Notes: generated from the letters alone by a model not told the origin. A DNA stretch of 64,000 nt from Macrostomum lignano (GCA_002269645.1 NIVC01001511.1:124001-188000); one strand, 5' to 3'; shown: positions 38,205-51,863, counted from the first letter of the stretch. A program made the numbers and translations.

Positions 38205-39362
38205 ATGAAATCCCAGATTCTCAAATCCCAGAATCCCATATCCTCAAACCCCAGATTCCCAGATCCTCAAAACCCGATTCCCAGATCCTCAAAACCCAGA
38301 ATCCCAGATCCTCAAATCCCAGAATCCCAGATCCCCAAACCCTAGAATCCCAGATCCTCAAATATCAGAATCCCAGATCCCTAAACCCCAGAATCCCAGA
38401 TCCCCAAACCCCAGAATCCCAGATCCTCAGATACCGGAATCCCATATCACCAAATCCCAGAATCCCAGATCCCCAAACCCCAGAATCCCAGATCCCCAAA
38501 CCCCAGAATCCCAGATCACCAAACCCCAGAATCCCAGATCTCAAATCCCAGAATCCCATATCCTCAAATCCCAGAATCCCAGATCCTCAAAACCCGATTC
38601 CCAGATCCTCAAAACCCAGAATCCCAGATCCTCAAATCCCAGAATCCCAGATCCCCAAACCCTAGAATCCCAGATCCTCAAATATCAGAATCCCAGATCC
38701 CTAAACCCCAGAATCCCAGATCCCCAAACCCCAGAATCCCAGATCCTCAGATACCGGAATCCCATATCACCAAATCCCAGAATCCCAGATCCCCAAACCC
38801 CAGAATCCCAGATCCCCAAACCCCAGAATCCCAGATCACCAAACCCCAGAATCCCAGATCTCAAATCCCAGAATCCCAGATCCCCAAACCCCAGAATCCC
38901 AGATCCTCAAAACCCAGAATCCCAGATCCTCAAATCCCAGAATCCCAGATCCCCAAACCCTAGAATCCCAGATCCTCAAATACCAGAATCCCAGATCCCT
39001 AAACCCCAGAATCCCAGATCCCCAAACCCCAGAATCCCAGATCCTCAAATACCGGAATCCCATATCACCAAATCCCAGAATCCCAGATCCCCAAACCCCA
39101 GAATCCCAGATCCCCAAATACCAGAATCCCAGATCACCAAACCCAGAATCCCAGATCCCCAAACCCAGAATCCCAGATCCCCAAACCCCAGAATCCCAGA
39201 TCCTCAAATACCAGAATCCCAGATCCCCAAACCCAGAATCCCAGATCCCCAAACCCAGAATCCCAAATCCCCAAACCCCAGAATCCCAGATCACCAAATC
39301 CCAGAATCCCAGATCTCAAATCCCAGAATCCCAGATCCTCAAATACCAGAATCGCAGATCCC
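38205..39362. repeat. CCCAGAAT/CCCAGAT/CCCCAAA satellite
   Basis: Direct; core is the reverse complement of the GGATCTGGG array to its right. Confidence 0.95.
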
Positions 39363-39831
39363 AATAGAAAAATATCGTTATGCTTTGTACAAGTATTAAA
39401 TATTTGTAAGCTGAATCACAATTTTTGTTAATGAATCATTCTGATTTTCTTATATACTGAGTCCTGTTCTTTAAATAGTTTAGGTTTAAAGCGTTAATTT
39501 GCGTTGGCAAAGCGAAAGAAACTCTGGTGTCTTCTTAATTTAGTATTGTCCAAGCCAAGCTTTTCTATAATCCTAACTTTTGCTGCATGTACTACTTCTA
39601 TTTTTGCCCCACCAGTAGTTGTAGTGGCATATGCGGTCATTCTGTTTCCGTTATTTTTGTTTTACAGATTAAAATTGTGCACCCTAAATACATAGTATTT
39701 TTATTATTGACATGCTTTTAATGTCAATAAGTGCGTTTCATTTCTTATCGAATTTTATTCGATCCTGAAGGCTTGAGTCTGTCTGTTTCTTTAAGCCAAT
39801 AATTTTAAGTGTTTTAATCTAGGATTTTTTG

Positions 39832-40438
39832 GCATCTGGGATCTAGGATCTGGGATCTAGGATCTAGGATCTGGGATCTAGGATCTGGGATCTAGGATCT
39901 AGGATCTGGGATCTAGGATCTGGGATCTGGGATCTAGGATCTGGGATCTAGGATCTGGGATCTAGGATCTGGGATCTAGGATCTAGGATCTGGGATCTAG
40001 GATCTAGGATCTGGGATCTAGGATCTGGGATCTAGGATCTGGGATCTAGGATCTGGGATCTAGGATCTGGGATCTGGGATCTGGGATCTAGGATCTGGGA
40101 CCTAGGATTTGGGATCTGGGATCTAGGATCTGGGATCTAGGATCTTGGATCTAGGATCTGGGATCTAGGGTCTGGGATCTAGGGTCTGGGATCTAGGATC
40201 TGGGATCTAGGATCTGGGATCTAGGATCTGGGATCTAGGATCTGGGATCTAGGATCTGGGATCTGGGATCTAGGATCTAGGATCTAGGATCTAGAACCTG
40301 GGATCTAGGATCTGGGATCTAGGATCTGGGCTCTAGGATCTGGGACCTAGGATTTGGGATCTGGGATCTAGGATCTGGGATCTAGGATCTGGGATCTAGG
40401 GTCTGGGATCTAGGGTCTGGGATCTAGGATCTGGGATC
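39832..40438. repeat. Heptamer satellite (GGATCTG/GGATCTA)n, left of the retrotransposon
   Basis: Direct; shares variant markers (AGAACCTGGG, GGGCTCTAGG, GGACCTAGGATTTGGG) with the right-hand array. Confidence 0.95.
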
Positions 40439-40440
40439 AG

Positions 40441-41331
40441 CTTCAAAAAGTGTGGAGTGCTGTTGACTCCTATCTGATTGAGCTGACTGTCGAGGAGGGA
40501 ATCTCCATCGGCATTGAGCGGATGGTGCTACGAAGCACATTCGTTCTTATTGCTCCTAGCAGCGAGGAGGACGCTCGGCAGCTGCTCCAGCGGCTACCGA
40601 CGGTCTCCTTGGATGCTGACCTTGGTGGAGCTCTTTTTCTTCGCGAGGGCCAGCGTCCAAAGACGATACCCTACGTGGTTTTCGTTCCTGCTAAGAGCAC
40701 CGCAGCTGGACCAGACGTTATCGCCGGGTCCTACTGCGTCTGAACCCCGACCTCCCTGCTAGTGGACTGGTGTATCACCGCCGAGTCCGCAGGGGGGAGA
40801 CGGGCAACTCAATTGTCCTCGGCCTTTCCAACGCTTGGGCGAGTCGGTACCCTAATGGATCCTCTTTCCAGCTGGGTGCCCTCAAGCTCAAGTTGCGCCG
40901 AGGAAAGTCTGCCAAAGGGAAGGCTACTGCCAACCCCGGCATCTCCGGCAAGAGCGGGGCGCAGTCTAAGGCCCAAGGAAAGGCGCAAGCCGATCCCAAA
41001 GCCAAAGCTGCATCTCGCCCCTCTGCTAGCAGCAGTTCGGCGACCGCGGTAACGGCTCCGGCCGAGCCCCGGGAACCAAACCTGCCAGTCGGAGAAGGAG
41101 TTGAGGACGAGGCCGGGTCTTCGGAATCCGAGCTCTCCTCGGTCACCCTGGTGGGGTCTGAAGGTAAAGATGCAGATGAGGAAGCTTCCTCCATCCTGTC
41201 ATCGGAGCCTGAGGACTCTGCTGGGGGGGGCCGGTGGGGGTGAGGAGGCCATGGACGTCGACCAACTCCCATCTCCCAGTCAAGCCCCAGCGGCCTGGGA
41301 CGAGGACGATCTGTTGTCCAAGTCTCCTTGA
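40441..41331 (+). pseudogene. ORF1 fragment (DUF4780-like), frameshifted, no start codon
   Basis: YVVFVP..VI/LLRLNPDL..SIVLGLS..FQLGALKLKL resembles ORF1 of LOA-like elements; frame switches near 40730 and at the G-run near 41225. Confidence 0.6.
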
Positions 41332-44300
41332 TGGCCCTGGGCTCTAGCCAGACACTGCATTTAATACGTATGACTAAGCTCCACGCTGCCAAAGGAGCGA
41401 CATTCTGTCTGCAAATAAATTTACAGCATTGCGTATCTGCGTCAGTAAATCTGATGAAGATTGCTGAGCTGTACAGGCCAGGCCTCATCCTGATCCAGGA
41501 ACCCTGGATGCGCAACGGTAAGTTGCCCAACATTCCCTCTGGCTACTCTGAATTTTGTGTGTGGCCCGGGGAACAACCGCCCTAGAGCGACTATCCTCGC
41601 TGCTAGCCATCTCCAGGCTTGGCTGAGGACTGATCTCTCTGATGGAGACCTTTGTGTCATCCAATCTAATCATTTCTCTCCGCGTACGTGTCTTGTTGCC
41701 TCGGTTTATATCCCAGGCGACAGAGACCCTGCTCCTGAGAGTTTACTGCGCCTCGCGCAGTACTGCAAGTCCCAGAACGCTGAGCTGTGCTTAGGGGGTG
41801 ACCTCAACGCGCACCACAAGCACTGGGGCAGCAAAAGATACCAACACTAGAGGAGAGGAGCTTCTGGCCCTCATCTCTAACACAAACCTCATGCTCTGCA
41901 ACCGCGGCAGCACTCCTACCTTTAATAATGGCAGATGGACCGAGGTCCTCGACGCCACACTCGTTACCCCAAGACTCTTTGACAGAGTTGAGGAGTGGAG
42001 AGTCTGGTCTGAGGAGCCCTCCCTGTCTGACCACTGCTTTATCGCCTTTAATATCGCGGACACTAAAACCCAGTCTCCGATCACTTGGAGGCGCAATATC
42101 CGCAACACTGATTGGGCGGCCTACAAGGCTGCCCTTGATCTGCACCTGCAGGAACTCACGGACTTACGTCCGATTGAGACCTGCGAGGATGTGGATCATA
42201 TGGCTGAGACGCTGACAGGTTGCATTATTGCAGCCTACGAAGCGGCTTGTCCTGCTCGCGCCTACAAAGGCAAGACCTCGGCGCCGTGGTGGAACCCAGA
42301 GCTGGGGAAACTCAGGCGGAAGGCCAAAAGCCTTCATCGCCGTGCCATGAAGACCGGAAACCCGGAGGACATGGAGCTTTTCCGGCAAGCCTCCCGCAAT
42401 TTCAAATCTGAAGTGCGCAAGGCCAAGGAATGTAAGTGGCGCCAATTCTGCAATGATTTGGATCAAGACAGACCTACTTCTAGGCTTGTCAAGGCCCTTA
42501 CAATAGACAAAATGTCCAAATTAGCCATGATCAAAAAATATGATGGCTCTCTTACTAAAGACCCTGAAGAAGTGCTTCAGCATATGCTCAGCACATTCTT
42601 CCCGAGGGTACCTACTGCTAGACCGGAGCCCAACCATTCGATGGAGACCTAAGAATGTGCTGAGCTGAAGACCTAATCGCTCGTGCGGTCAGAACCTTCA
42701 AACCCTTCAAATCTCCTGGACCTGATGGTATCTACCCTGTTCTCCTTCGTGAAGCAGCCAAGATACCCTCGTTCCTGAGACTCACCCGCAATCTTATGCG
42801 GGCCTCTATCCAGCTGGGATACGTTCCCAAATGCTGGACTGAAGCTCGGGTAGTCTTTATTCCCAAACCTGGGAAGGGTGACTACCAAAGCGTCAAGGCC
42901 TTCCGGCCAATTAGCTTAACGTCAGCAATGCTTAAGCTCACGAGAGGCTTATTCTCTGGCGGCTGCTCTCCTGCGAGCTGACAGCGATGCCCCTCAGCAA
43001 TAATCAGCACGCCTTCCGTACCGGGAGGTCGACTGACAGCGCCCTGCATGCGATTGTCGAGAAGATTGAACGGGCGGTACTGGGTGACGGTTACGCCCTG
43101 GCTCTCTTTCTTGACATTGTTGGCGCCTTCGACAACGTTATCTTTGAAGCGTTTCAGAGGGCCCTTCAAAATCGCAAAGCTCATGCTACCCTCATACGGT
43201 GGATCATGTACATAATCTCCAACCGTACGGTCACTGCCCAACTTCTTGGGCAAACTGCCTCCACCAGAGTCTGTAAGGGTGGACCCCAAGGCGGAGTCCT
43301 CACCCCGACGCTCTGGAACCTGGTCATGGACGCTCTTCTGAGTGACTCCCGACCCGACCCCGTCTTCAAAGTCGGGTATGCTGATGACGTCACGGCCATT
43401 GTGGCAGGACCGTCTCCCAGCACGCTCAGGGATCTGATGCAGAGCTTTATCCGCAAAGCAGAATCCTGGGCCAATGACAATGGTCTGGAACTCTCTGAGC
43501 CCAAAACCGTTGCCATTATGTTTACCAGCAGACTACGCTGGAACATACGTCCTCTGCAGCTCTACGGCAGAGATATTGCCTTCGCGCACCAGACCAGATG
43601 TCTCGGGGTCATACTTGACCACCGGCTCAACTGGTCCTTCCACGCGAAAGCAAAAGCCAAGCGTGCCTCAGCCATCCTGGCCCAGCTCCGACGAGCACTT
43701 GGCACTTCTTGGGGTCTATCCCCAAAGCGGCTTTGGTGGATCTATACTTCCGTAGTTAGACCTGCCATTACGTACGCCTCTGTTGTCTGGGTTAGCGCTA
43801 CCCAGGTCAAAAGCCATGCAGACCTGCTCAACAAGATCCAAGGCAGAGCGTGTAGGCTCATCTGCAACGCCACCAGGTCCACGCCCTTTGCTGGCATGGG
43901 GGCCTTCCTTAATCTACCGCCTCTTGACCTCTTCGTCAGGGGTGAGGCGGCTAGAACGACGCGGCGTCTAATTGATGCCGGCGTCAAATTCATTTACATG
44001 AGAGCACCTGCTAAGCGGAACCTTGTCCCGCATAGCGACCTGTGCCTCAACTTTCTCAACGAGTGTCAGGCCAATCGCGTCTTCACCGATGGCATTGCCT
44101 CAACGCTCAACCTGAGACAGCGCTACTCCGTAGCTATCGACTCGCGCGATAACATCAATGACCAATGGAACCCTGGTGAGCTTCATTGCTACACCGACGG
44201 TTCTAAGCAGTCAGCCAACACCGGCTTTGGTGTTGGAATCTTTCTGAACGGGAGGGTCATCGCTACCCACGCTCAATACACTGGGGTCAACTCCAGTGTT

Positions 44301-45102
44301 TTCCAAAATGAAGTTCTGGCCATCAGCTCCTGCACTGCAGAGCTTCTCGCCACTGGCGTTATTGGCAAGAACATCATTTTCCATTCGGACAGCCAAGCTG
44401 CCTTGCACGCCATCAGTGGCTGCAGCACCAACTCTGCTACAGTCCTCGACTGTATCAAACTTCTCAACGTGTTGGGTTCCGCCAACAAAATTACCCTTAA
44501 GTGGGTTCCGGGGCATGTGGGGATCCGAGGAAATGAGTTGGCTGACTGACACCCTTGCAAAAGTTGGTGCCTCCGGCTCCTCTCTCGGCCCCGAACCCCT
44601 TGTCCCGATTCCTGGCTGTGTCATCGACTCGCGCATCAAAGCGTGGATCAGGACTCAGCACCGCTCGACTTGGGCGAACCGCACGAACTGCAGGCAATCC
44701 AGAGGCGCTGTCCCTCAGCCCTCTCACCAGCTCCGGAAGCTCCTCTTGCGCCTCTCGCGCAGAGACATCCGGGCTGCCACCATGACCCTCTCTGGTCACG
44801 GCTGCTTCTCCAGGCACCAGTACCTGCAGGGCAACGCCACCAACAACACCTGTAGTTTCTGCAACTCAGGTGACGAAACTGCTGAGCATTTCGTCAGCAT
44901 CTGTCCCGCCTTCACGCGGGCCAGACTCACTTACCTCGGGCCACACACATGTATTACTGAAGCGTGCAAACCCGAAAACTTTAATCAGCTCATGCGCTAC
45001 CTTCGGGCCACCCGCAGGGCTGAACTCTCCTTTCCAGAGAGCACTATAGCTGCTGGCGACACTGGGGGACCTCCCTGGGCGGCGCCAACCCTCCGTCCAT
45101 AG
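41328..45102 (+). pseudogene. ORF2 pol (AP endonuclease, reverse transcriptase, RNase H, CCHC zinc finger), broken by several frameshifts
   Basis: LQINLQH, LIQEP, GDLNAHH, SDH (APE); FRPISL, FLDIVGAFD, QGGVLTP, YADD (RT); YTDGS, QNEVLAI, HSDSQAA, WVPGH..GNELAD (RNase H); CSFC-x8-H-x4-C. Confidence 0.95.
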
Positions 45103-45206
45103 CGACGCGTCGGCCGTTCAGGGATTAGCGGAATGGGCGCCCGCGCCTTCCCGCTGTATCCCCTCCGGGACAGCCCTGCAGCTAAGTCAAGTAAGTCAAG
45201 TAAGTA

Positions 45207-48200
45207 TCTGGGATCTAGGATCTGGGATCTAGGATCTGGGATCTAGGATCTGGGATCTAGGATCTGGGATCTAGGATCTGGGATCTAGGATCTGGGATCT
45301 AGGATCTGGGATCTAGGATCTGGGATCTAGGATCTGGGATCTAGGATCTGGGATCTAGGATCTGGGATCTAGGATCTGGGATCTGGGATCTGGGATCTAG
45401 GGTCTGGGATCTAGAATCTGAGATCTTAAATCTAGCGTCTCAGATCTAGGATCTGGGGTCTAGGATCTAGGGTCTGGGTTCTAGGGTCTGGGATCTAGGA
45501 TCTGGGATCTAGGATCTGGGATCTAGGATCTGGGATCTAGGATCTGGGATCTGGGATCTAGGATCTGGGATCTGGGATCTAGGATCTGGGATCTGGGATC
45601 TAGGATCTGGGATCTAGGGTCTGGGATCTAGGGTCTGGGATCTAGGGTCTGGGATCTAGAATCTGAGATCTTGAATCTAGCGTCTCAGATCTAGGATCTA
45701 GGTTCTAGGATCTGGGATCTGGGATCTAGGATCTGGGATCTGGAATCTGGGATCTAGGGTCTGGGATCTAGAATCTGAGATCTTAAATCTAGCGTCTCAG
45801 ATCTAGGATCTGGGATCTAGGATCTAGGGTCTGGGATCTAGGGTCTGGGATCTAGGATCTGGGATCTAGGATCTGGGATCTAGGATCTGGGATCTAGGAT
45901 TTGGGATCTAGGATCTGGGATCTAGGATCTGGGATCTAGGATCTGGGATCTAGGATCTGGGATCTAGAATCTAGGATTTGAAATCTGGGATCTAGGGTCT
46001 GGGATCTAGGGTCTGGGATCTAGAATCTGAGATCTTGAATCTAGCGTCTCAGATCTAGGATCTAGGTTCTAGGATCTGGGATCTGGGATCTAGGGTCTGG
46101 GATCTAGGATCTGGGATCTAGGATCTGGGATCTAGGATCTGGGATCTGGGATCTGGGATCTAGGATCTAAGATCTGGGATCTGGGATCTAGGATCTGGGA
46201 TCTGGGATCTAGAATCTGGGATCTAGGATCTGGGATCTGGGATCTGGGATCCAGGATCTGGGATCTAGGATCTAGGATCTAGAACCTGGGATCTAGGATC
46301 TGGGATCTAGGATCTGGGCTCTAGGATCTGGGACCTAGGATTTGGGATCTGGGCTCTAGTATCTGGGATCTGGGATCTGGGATCTAGGATCTGGGATCTA
46401 GGATCTGGGATCTAGGATCTGGGATCTGGGATCTAGGATCTGGGATCTGGGATCTAGGGTCTGGGATCTAGAATATGAGATCTTGAATCTAGCGTCTCAG
46501 ATCTAGGATCTGGGATCTAGGATCTGGGATCTAGGATCTGGGATCTGGGATCTAGGATCTGGGATCTAGGATCTGGGATCTGGGATCTAGGGTCTGGGAT
46601 CTAGGGTCTGGGATCTAGAATCTGAGATCTTGAATCTAGCGTCTCAGATCTAGGATCTAGGTTCTAGGATCTGGGAACTAGGGTCTGGGATCTAGGGTCT
46701 GGGATCTAGGATCTGGGATCTGGGATCTAGGGTCTGGGATCTAGAATCTGAGATCTTGAATCTAGCGTCTCAGATCTCGGATCTAGGTTCTAGGATCTGG
46801 GATCTGGGATCTAGGATCTGGGATCTAGGATCTGGGATCTAGGATCTGGGATCTAGGATCTGGGATCTGGGATCTGGGATCTAGGATCTGGGATCTGGGA
46901 TCTAGGGTCTGGGATCTAGAATCTGAGATCTTGAATCTAGCGTCTCAGATCTAGGATCTAGGTTCTAGGATCTAGGATCTGGGATCTAGGGTCTGGGATC
47001 TAGGATCTGGGATCTAGGATCTGGGATCTAGGATCTGGGATCTGGGATCTAGGGTCTGGGATCTAGAATCTGAGATCTTGAATCTAGCGTCTCAGATCTA
47101 GGATCTGGGATCTAGGATCTGGGATCTGGGATCTGGGATCTAGGGTCTGGGATCTAGGATCTGGGATCTAGGATCTGGGATCTAGGATCTGGGATCTAGG
47201 ATCTGGGATCTAGGATCTAGGATCTAGGATCTGTGATCTAGGGTCTGGGATCTAGGGTCTGGGATCTAGGATCTGGGATCTGGGATCTAGGATCTGGGAT
47301 CTAGGATCTGGGATCTAGGATCTGGGGTCTAAGATCTGGGGTCTAGGATCTGGGATCTAGGATCTGGGATCTAGGTTCTGGGATCTATGGTCTAGGATCT
47401 GGGATCTGGGGTCTAGGATCTATGGTCTGGGATCTAGGATCTGGGATCTAGGGTCTGGGATCTAGAATCTGAGATCTTAAATCTAGCGTCTCAGATCTAG
47501 GATCTGGGATCTAGGATCTAGGGTCTGGGATCTAGGGTCTGGGATCTAGGATCTGGGATCTAGGATCTGGGATCTAGGATCTGGGATCTAGGATTTGGGA
47601 TCTAGGATCTGGGATCTAGGATCTGGGATCTAGGATCTGGGATCTAGGATCTGGGATCTAGAATCTAGGATTTGAAATCTGGGATCTAGGGTCTGGGATC
47701 TAGGGTCTGGGATCTAGAATCTGAGATCTTGAATCTAGCGTCTCAGATCTAGGATCTAGGTTCTAGGATCTGGGATCTGGGATCTAGGGTCTGGGATCTA
47801 GGATCTGGGATCTAGGATCTGGGATCTAGGATCTGGGATCTGGGATCTGGGATCTAGGATCTAAGATCTGGGATCTGGGATCTAGGATCTGGGATCTGGG
47901 ATCTAGAATCTGGGATCTAGGATCTGGGATCTGGGATCTGGGATCCAGGATCTGGGATCTAGGATCTAGGATCTAGAACCTGGGATCTAGGATCTGGGAT
48001 CTAGGATCTGGGCTCTAGGATCTGGGACCTAGGATTTGGGATCTGGGCTCTAGTATCTGGGATCTGGGATCTGGGATCTAGGATCTGGGATCTAGGATCT
48101 GGGATCTAGGATCTGGGATCTGGGATCTAGGATCTGGGATCTGGGATCTAGGGTCTGGGATCTAGAATATGAGATCTTGAATCTAGCGTCTCAGATCTAG

Positions 48201-49200
48201 GATCTGGGATCTAGGATCTGGGATCTAGGATCTGGGATCTGGGATCTAGGATCTGGGATCTAGGATCTGGGATCTGGGATCTAGGGTCTGGGATCTAGGG
48301 TCTGGGATCTAGAATCTGAGATCTTGAATCTAGCGTCTCAGATCTAGGATCTAGGTTCTAGGATCTGGGAACTAGGGTCTGGGATCTAGGGTCTGGGATC
48401 TAGGATCTGGGATCTGGGATCTAGGGTCTGGGATCTAGAATCTGAGATCTTGAATCTAGCGTCTCAGATCTCGGATCTAGGTTCTAGGATCTGGGATCTG
48501 GGATCTAGGGTCTGGGATCTAGGATCTGGGATCTAGGATCTGGGATCTAGGATCTGGGATCTAGGATCTGGGATCTAGGATCTGGGATCTGGGATCTGGG
48601 ATCTAGGATCTGGGATCTGGGATCTAGGGTCTGGGATCTAGAATCTGAGATCTTGAATCTAGCGTCTCAGATCTAGGATCTAGGTTCTAGGATCTAGGAT
48701 CTGGGATCTAGGGTCTGGGATCTAGGATCTGGGATCTAGGATCTGGGATCTAGGATCTGGGATCTGGGATCTAGGGTCTGGGATCTAGAATCTGATATCT
48801 TGAATCTAGCGTCTCAGATCTAGGATCTGGGATCTAGGATCTGGGATCTGGGATCTGGGATCTAGGGTCTGGGATCTAGGATCTGGGATCTAGGATCTGG
48901 GATCTAGGATCTGGGATCTAGGATCTGGGATCTAGGATCTAGGATCTAGGATCTGTGATCTAGGGTCTGGGATCTAGGGTCTGGGATCTAGGATCTGGGA
49001 TCTGGGATCTAGGATCTGGGATCTAGGATCTGGGATCTAGGATCTGGGGTCTAAGATCTGGGGTCTAGGATCTGGGATCTAGGATCTGGGATCTAGGTTC
49101 TGGGATCTATGGTCTAGGATCTGGGATCTGGGGTCTAGGATCTATGGTCTGGGATCTAGGATCTGGGATCTATGGTCTGGGATCTAGGATCTGGGATCTA
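45207..49200. repeat. Heptamer satellite (GGATCTG/GGATCTA)n with a ~1.7-kb higher-order duplication
   Basis: Rare markers recur 1694 bp apart (46251/47945, 46358/48052, 46471/48165). Confidence 0.95.
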
Positions 49201-50049
49201 AGGATGTTTTTATTTGAGGTAAGTCATTTCTGATCTGTAGCTGGCTAGAGAATGACAGGGAGGGGGTAGATGGAAAGTATCTCATGACTGCTCCCCGGAT
49301 TATAAACAGTGGAGAGGAAGCGAGAGACAGAGTGTGCAGGAAAAATTCGGTTCGGAGAAGAAGAGACCTGCCCCAATCTTGAAGCAACAATATTCGGGCT
49401 GATGGCAGCTCAACTTATCAGGTTTGTTCTCCAATTCACAGTCACAATTGACTACTTGCTGGCTTCTCAGTTTCTCCAAGGCAGGCATGGGAATAATGAA
49501 TGCAAGCAGCGAGGTAGCTGACTCAGGCAATTTCCGCTGTTGTGAGCTGATCGCTGCTGCTAGGCGTGGCGGATAGCGGAATCCCAACTAGAGCAGCTGT
49601 CGTATTTAGTCACGGCATGGTCTTAGCAGCTGTGAGGCGGAAATCTCAGTCAATATTTGTCCCAGGATGTTTTTTACGTGCTCGAGGCCTGCTTTTTTCT
49701 ATTCTGGCCACTGGCTGTAAAGTGCGGTCCGACCTTGAGATACCCTGTCTGAGAACTGCATGGCATGGCACAGAAAGGATTTAACTCAAGCAAATTTATA
49801 CAAGCAGCGCTACAGACGTGACTTTTGTATTTTTATTTTTTGATAAACAGTTATAACAAATAACTGATAAAATAATACAAGGATTTTGTACCAGTATACA
49901 GCCAAGCCGCTTGAATATCTGTTGCGGTGCAAGTGGGATTAAGTTGCCTACAAATAACACGAAACTTGTTTGCGAGGGGGTAGGTGATATCAATAAAATG
50001 AATTACTCATGAATTTTTGCAATCTGAACAGCTGAAACTGAAATACAGA

Positions 50050-50570
50050 AATTTTCTCAGGGGTGGGGTCATTAACCCTAATTTTCTCAGGGGTGAAGTC
50101 ATGACCCTAATTTTCTCAAGGGTGGGGTCATGACCACTAATTTTCTCAGGGGTGGGGTCATGAACCCTAATTTTCTCAGGGGCGGGGTCATAACCCCTAA
50201 TTTTCTCAGGGGTGGGGTCATGACCCCTAATTTTCTCAGGGGTGGGGTCATGAACCCTAATTTTCTCAGGGGTGGGGTCATGGACCCTAATTTTCTCAGG
50301 GGTGGGGTCATGAACCCTAATTTTCTCAGGGGTGGGGTCATAACCCCTAATTTTCTCAGGGGCGGGGTCATGACCCCTAATTTTCTCAGGGGTGGGGTCA
50401 TGAACCCTAATTTTCTCAGGGGTGGGGTCATGACCCCTTATTTTCTCAGGGGTGGGGTCATGAACCCTAATTTTCTCAGGGATGGGGTCATGACCCCTTA
50501 TTTTCTCAGGGGTGGGGTCATGAACCTTAATTTTCTCAGGGGCGGGGTTCAGGACCCCTAATTTTTTCAG
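50050..50570. repeat. 30-bp minisatellite, followed by an hAT-like end (CCCCCCTAGATACGTTAGTG, ~50620)
   Basis: Unit AATTTTCTCAGGGGTGGGGTCATGAACCCT. Confidence 0.9.
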
Positions 50571-50619
50571 GGAGGAGTCCGCCGACTCCCTTGTCGTCCC
50601 CCCCCTAGATACGTTAGTG

Positions 50620-50867
50620 GGTAAAAAGCAGAAACATGTAGCAAAACACGTGCAACATTCCGGATAAAATTGAAGTTACACAAAGAAATCACAAACAAAA
50701 ATATGGTTGGATAATAGCATAATTCTTTTTTTCAAAAAACACTTTTGACTTTACCAAGTCGGACTAGTTTAAAAATACACCGATCAAAAGTTTTACAGCC
50801 TTCCGCCAACTTGCATAAATGTACGAGTGTAGTAAAACAAAAAACGCGGCGCATCGAAAGAGTTAAA
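50620..50867. mobile_element. Possible piggyBac-like element end
   Basis: Ends CGCGGCGCATCGAAAGAG|TTAA; partner terminus not found. Confidence 0.3.
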
Positions 50868-51384
50868 CAAAATAATTTTTTGAACAAAAAACTTTCTTAG
50901 AAATGGGGCAAATTTGATTTATATAACAACTGTCGATGAGTTGCGGATTAAATAATGCATAAATATAGATTAAAAAATAAAAAAATAAACTGATATTAGA
51001 GCAAACATAGTTCACACGCATACAATTTTATAAGCCATTTGTACAGCGTTACAAGCGCTGCATCAAATTATAATATTGAAAAAGCGGAAACAAAAACTGC
51101 CTACAGATTTCACCAAACCGACTCAAAAGCGGACTATAAAGCTACGGAAAACTTTTTACAACAGCCATGCGCGCGTGCAATCAATCGTGCAGTCTTGCAA
51201 TGCGGACGCTTCGTTTCTTCTGTAGTTTATTGGAATTGAAGTTCGAATTGCTTATTAAATATTCGACTTGGGCGTCCCAACTATGGTCGCGCAATGTTTC
51301 ACTGAATCATTGTTACTTTGCTCTCCTCTCCAGGTTCGCCTTTCTCGTACCTGAGTTGAGTGAAGTCGGTTCGCGACTTTATTC

Positions 51385-51401
51385 TTAACTAACTAACTAA
51401 G

Positions 51402-51469
<68 letters not shown>

Positions 51470-51531
51470 CAACTAACTAACTAACTAACTAACCAACTAA
51501 CTAACAAACAAACTAACTAACTAACTAACTC

Positions 51532-51617
<86 letters not shown>

Positions 51618-51618
51618 C

Positions 51619-51662
<44 letters not shown>

Positions 51663-51687
51663 CACTAACTAACTAACTAACTAACTC

Positions 51688-51730
<43 letters not shown>

Positions 51731-51757
51731 CACTAACTAACTAACTAACTGACCAAT

Positions 51758-51815
<58 letters not shown>

Positions 51816-51845
51816 GCTAGCTAACTAACTAACTAACTAACTAAC
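51385..51845. repeat. (CTAA)n microsatellite immediately 3' of the GPCR stop
   Basis: Direct. Confidence 0.98.
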
Positions 51846-51863
51846 CAATAGAAAACCTCTCTC

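Larger units (their letters stand above)
40439..45206 (+). mobile_element. 5'-truncated non-LTR retrotransposon, LOA/R1 (I-group) type with RNase H
   Basis: ORF1 fragment, ORF2 APE-RT-RNaseH-CCHC, short 3' UTR and (TAAGTCAAG)n-type tail ending at 45206; flanked on both sides by the same satellite. Confidence 0.95.

Noticed and set aside
35545-39364. Many periodic ORFs (IPIRVGK, LMYIPT, QIPKP types)
   Set aside because: Artefacts of 34-bp, 18-bp and CCCAGA repeats
51385-51845. Telomere-like repeat
   Set aside because: Unit is CTAA (TTAG), not TTAGGG or TTAGG
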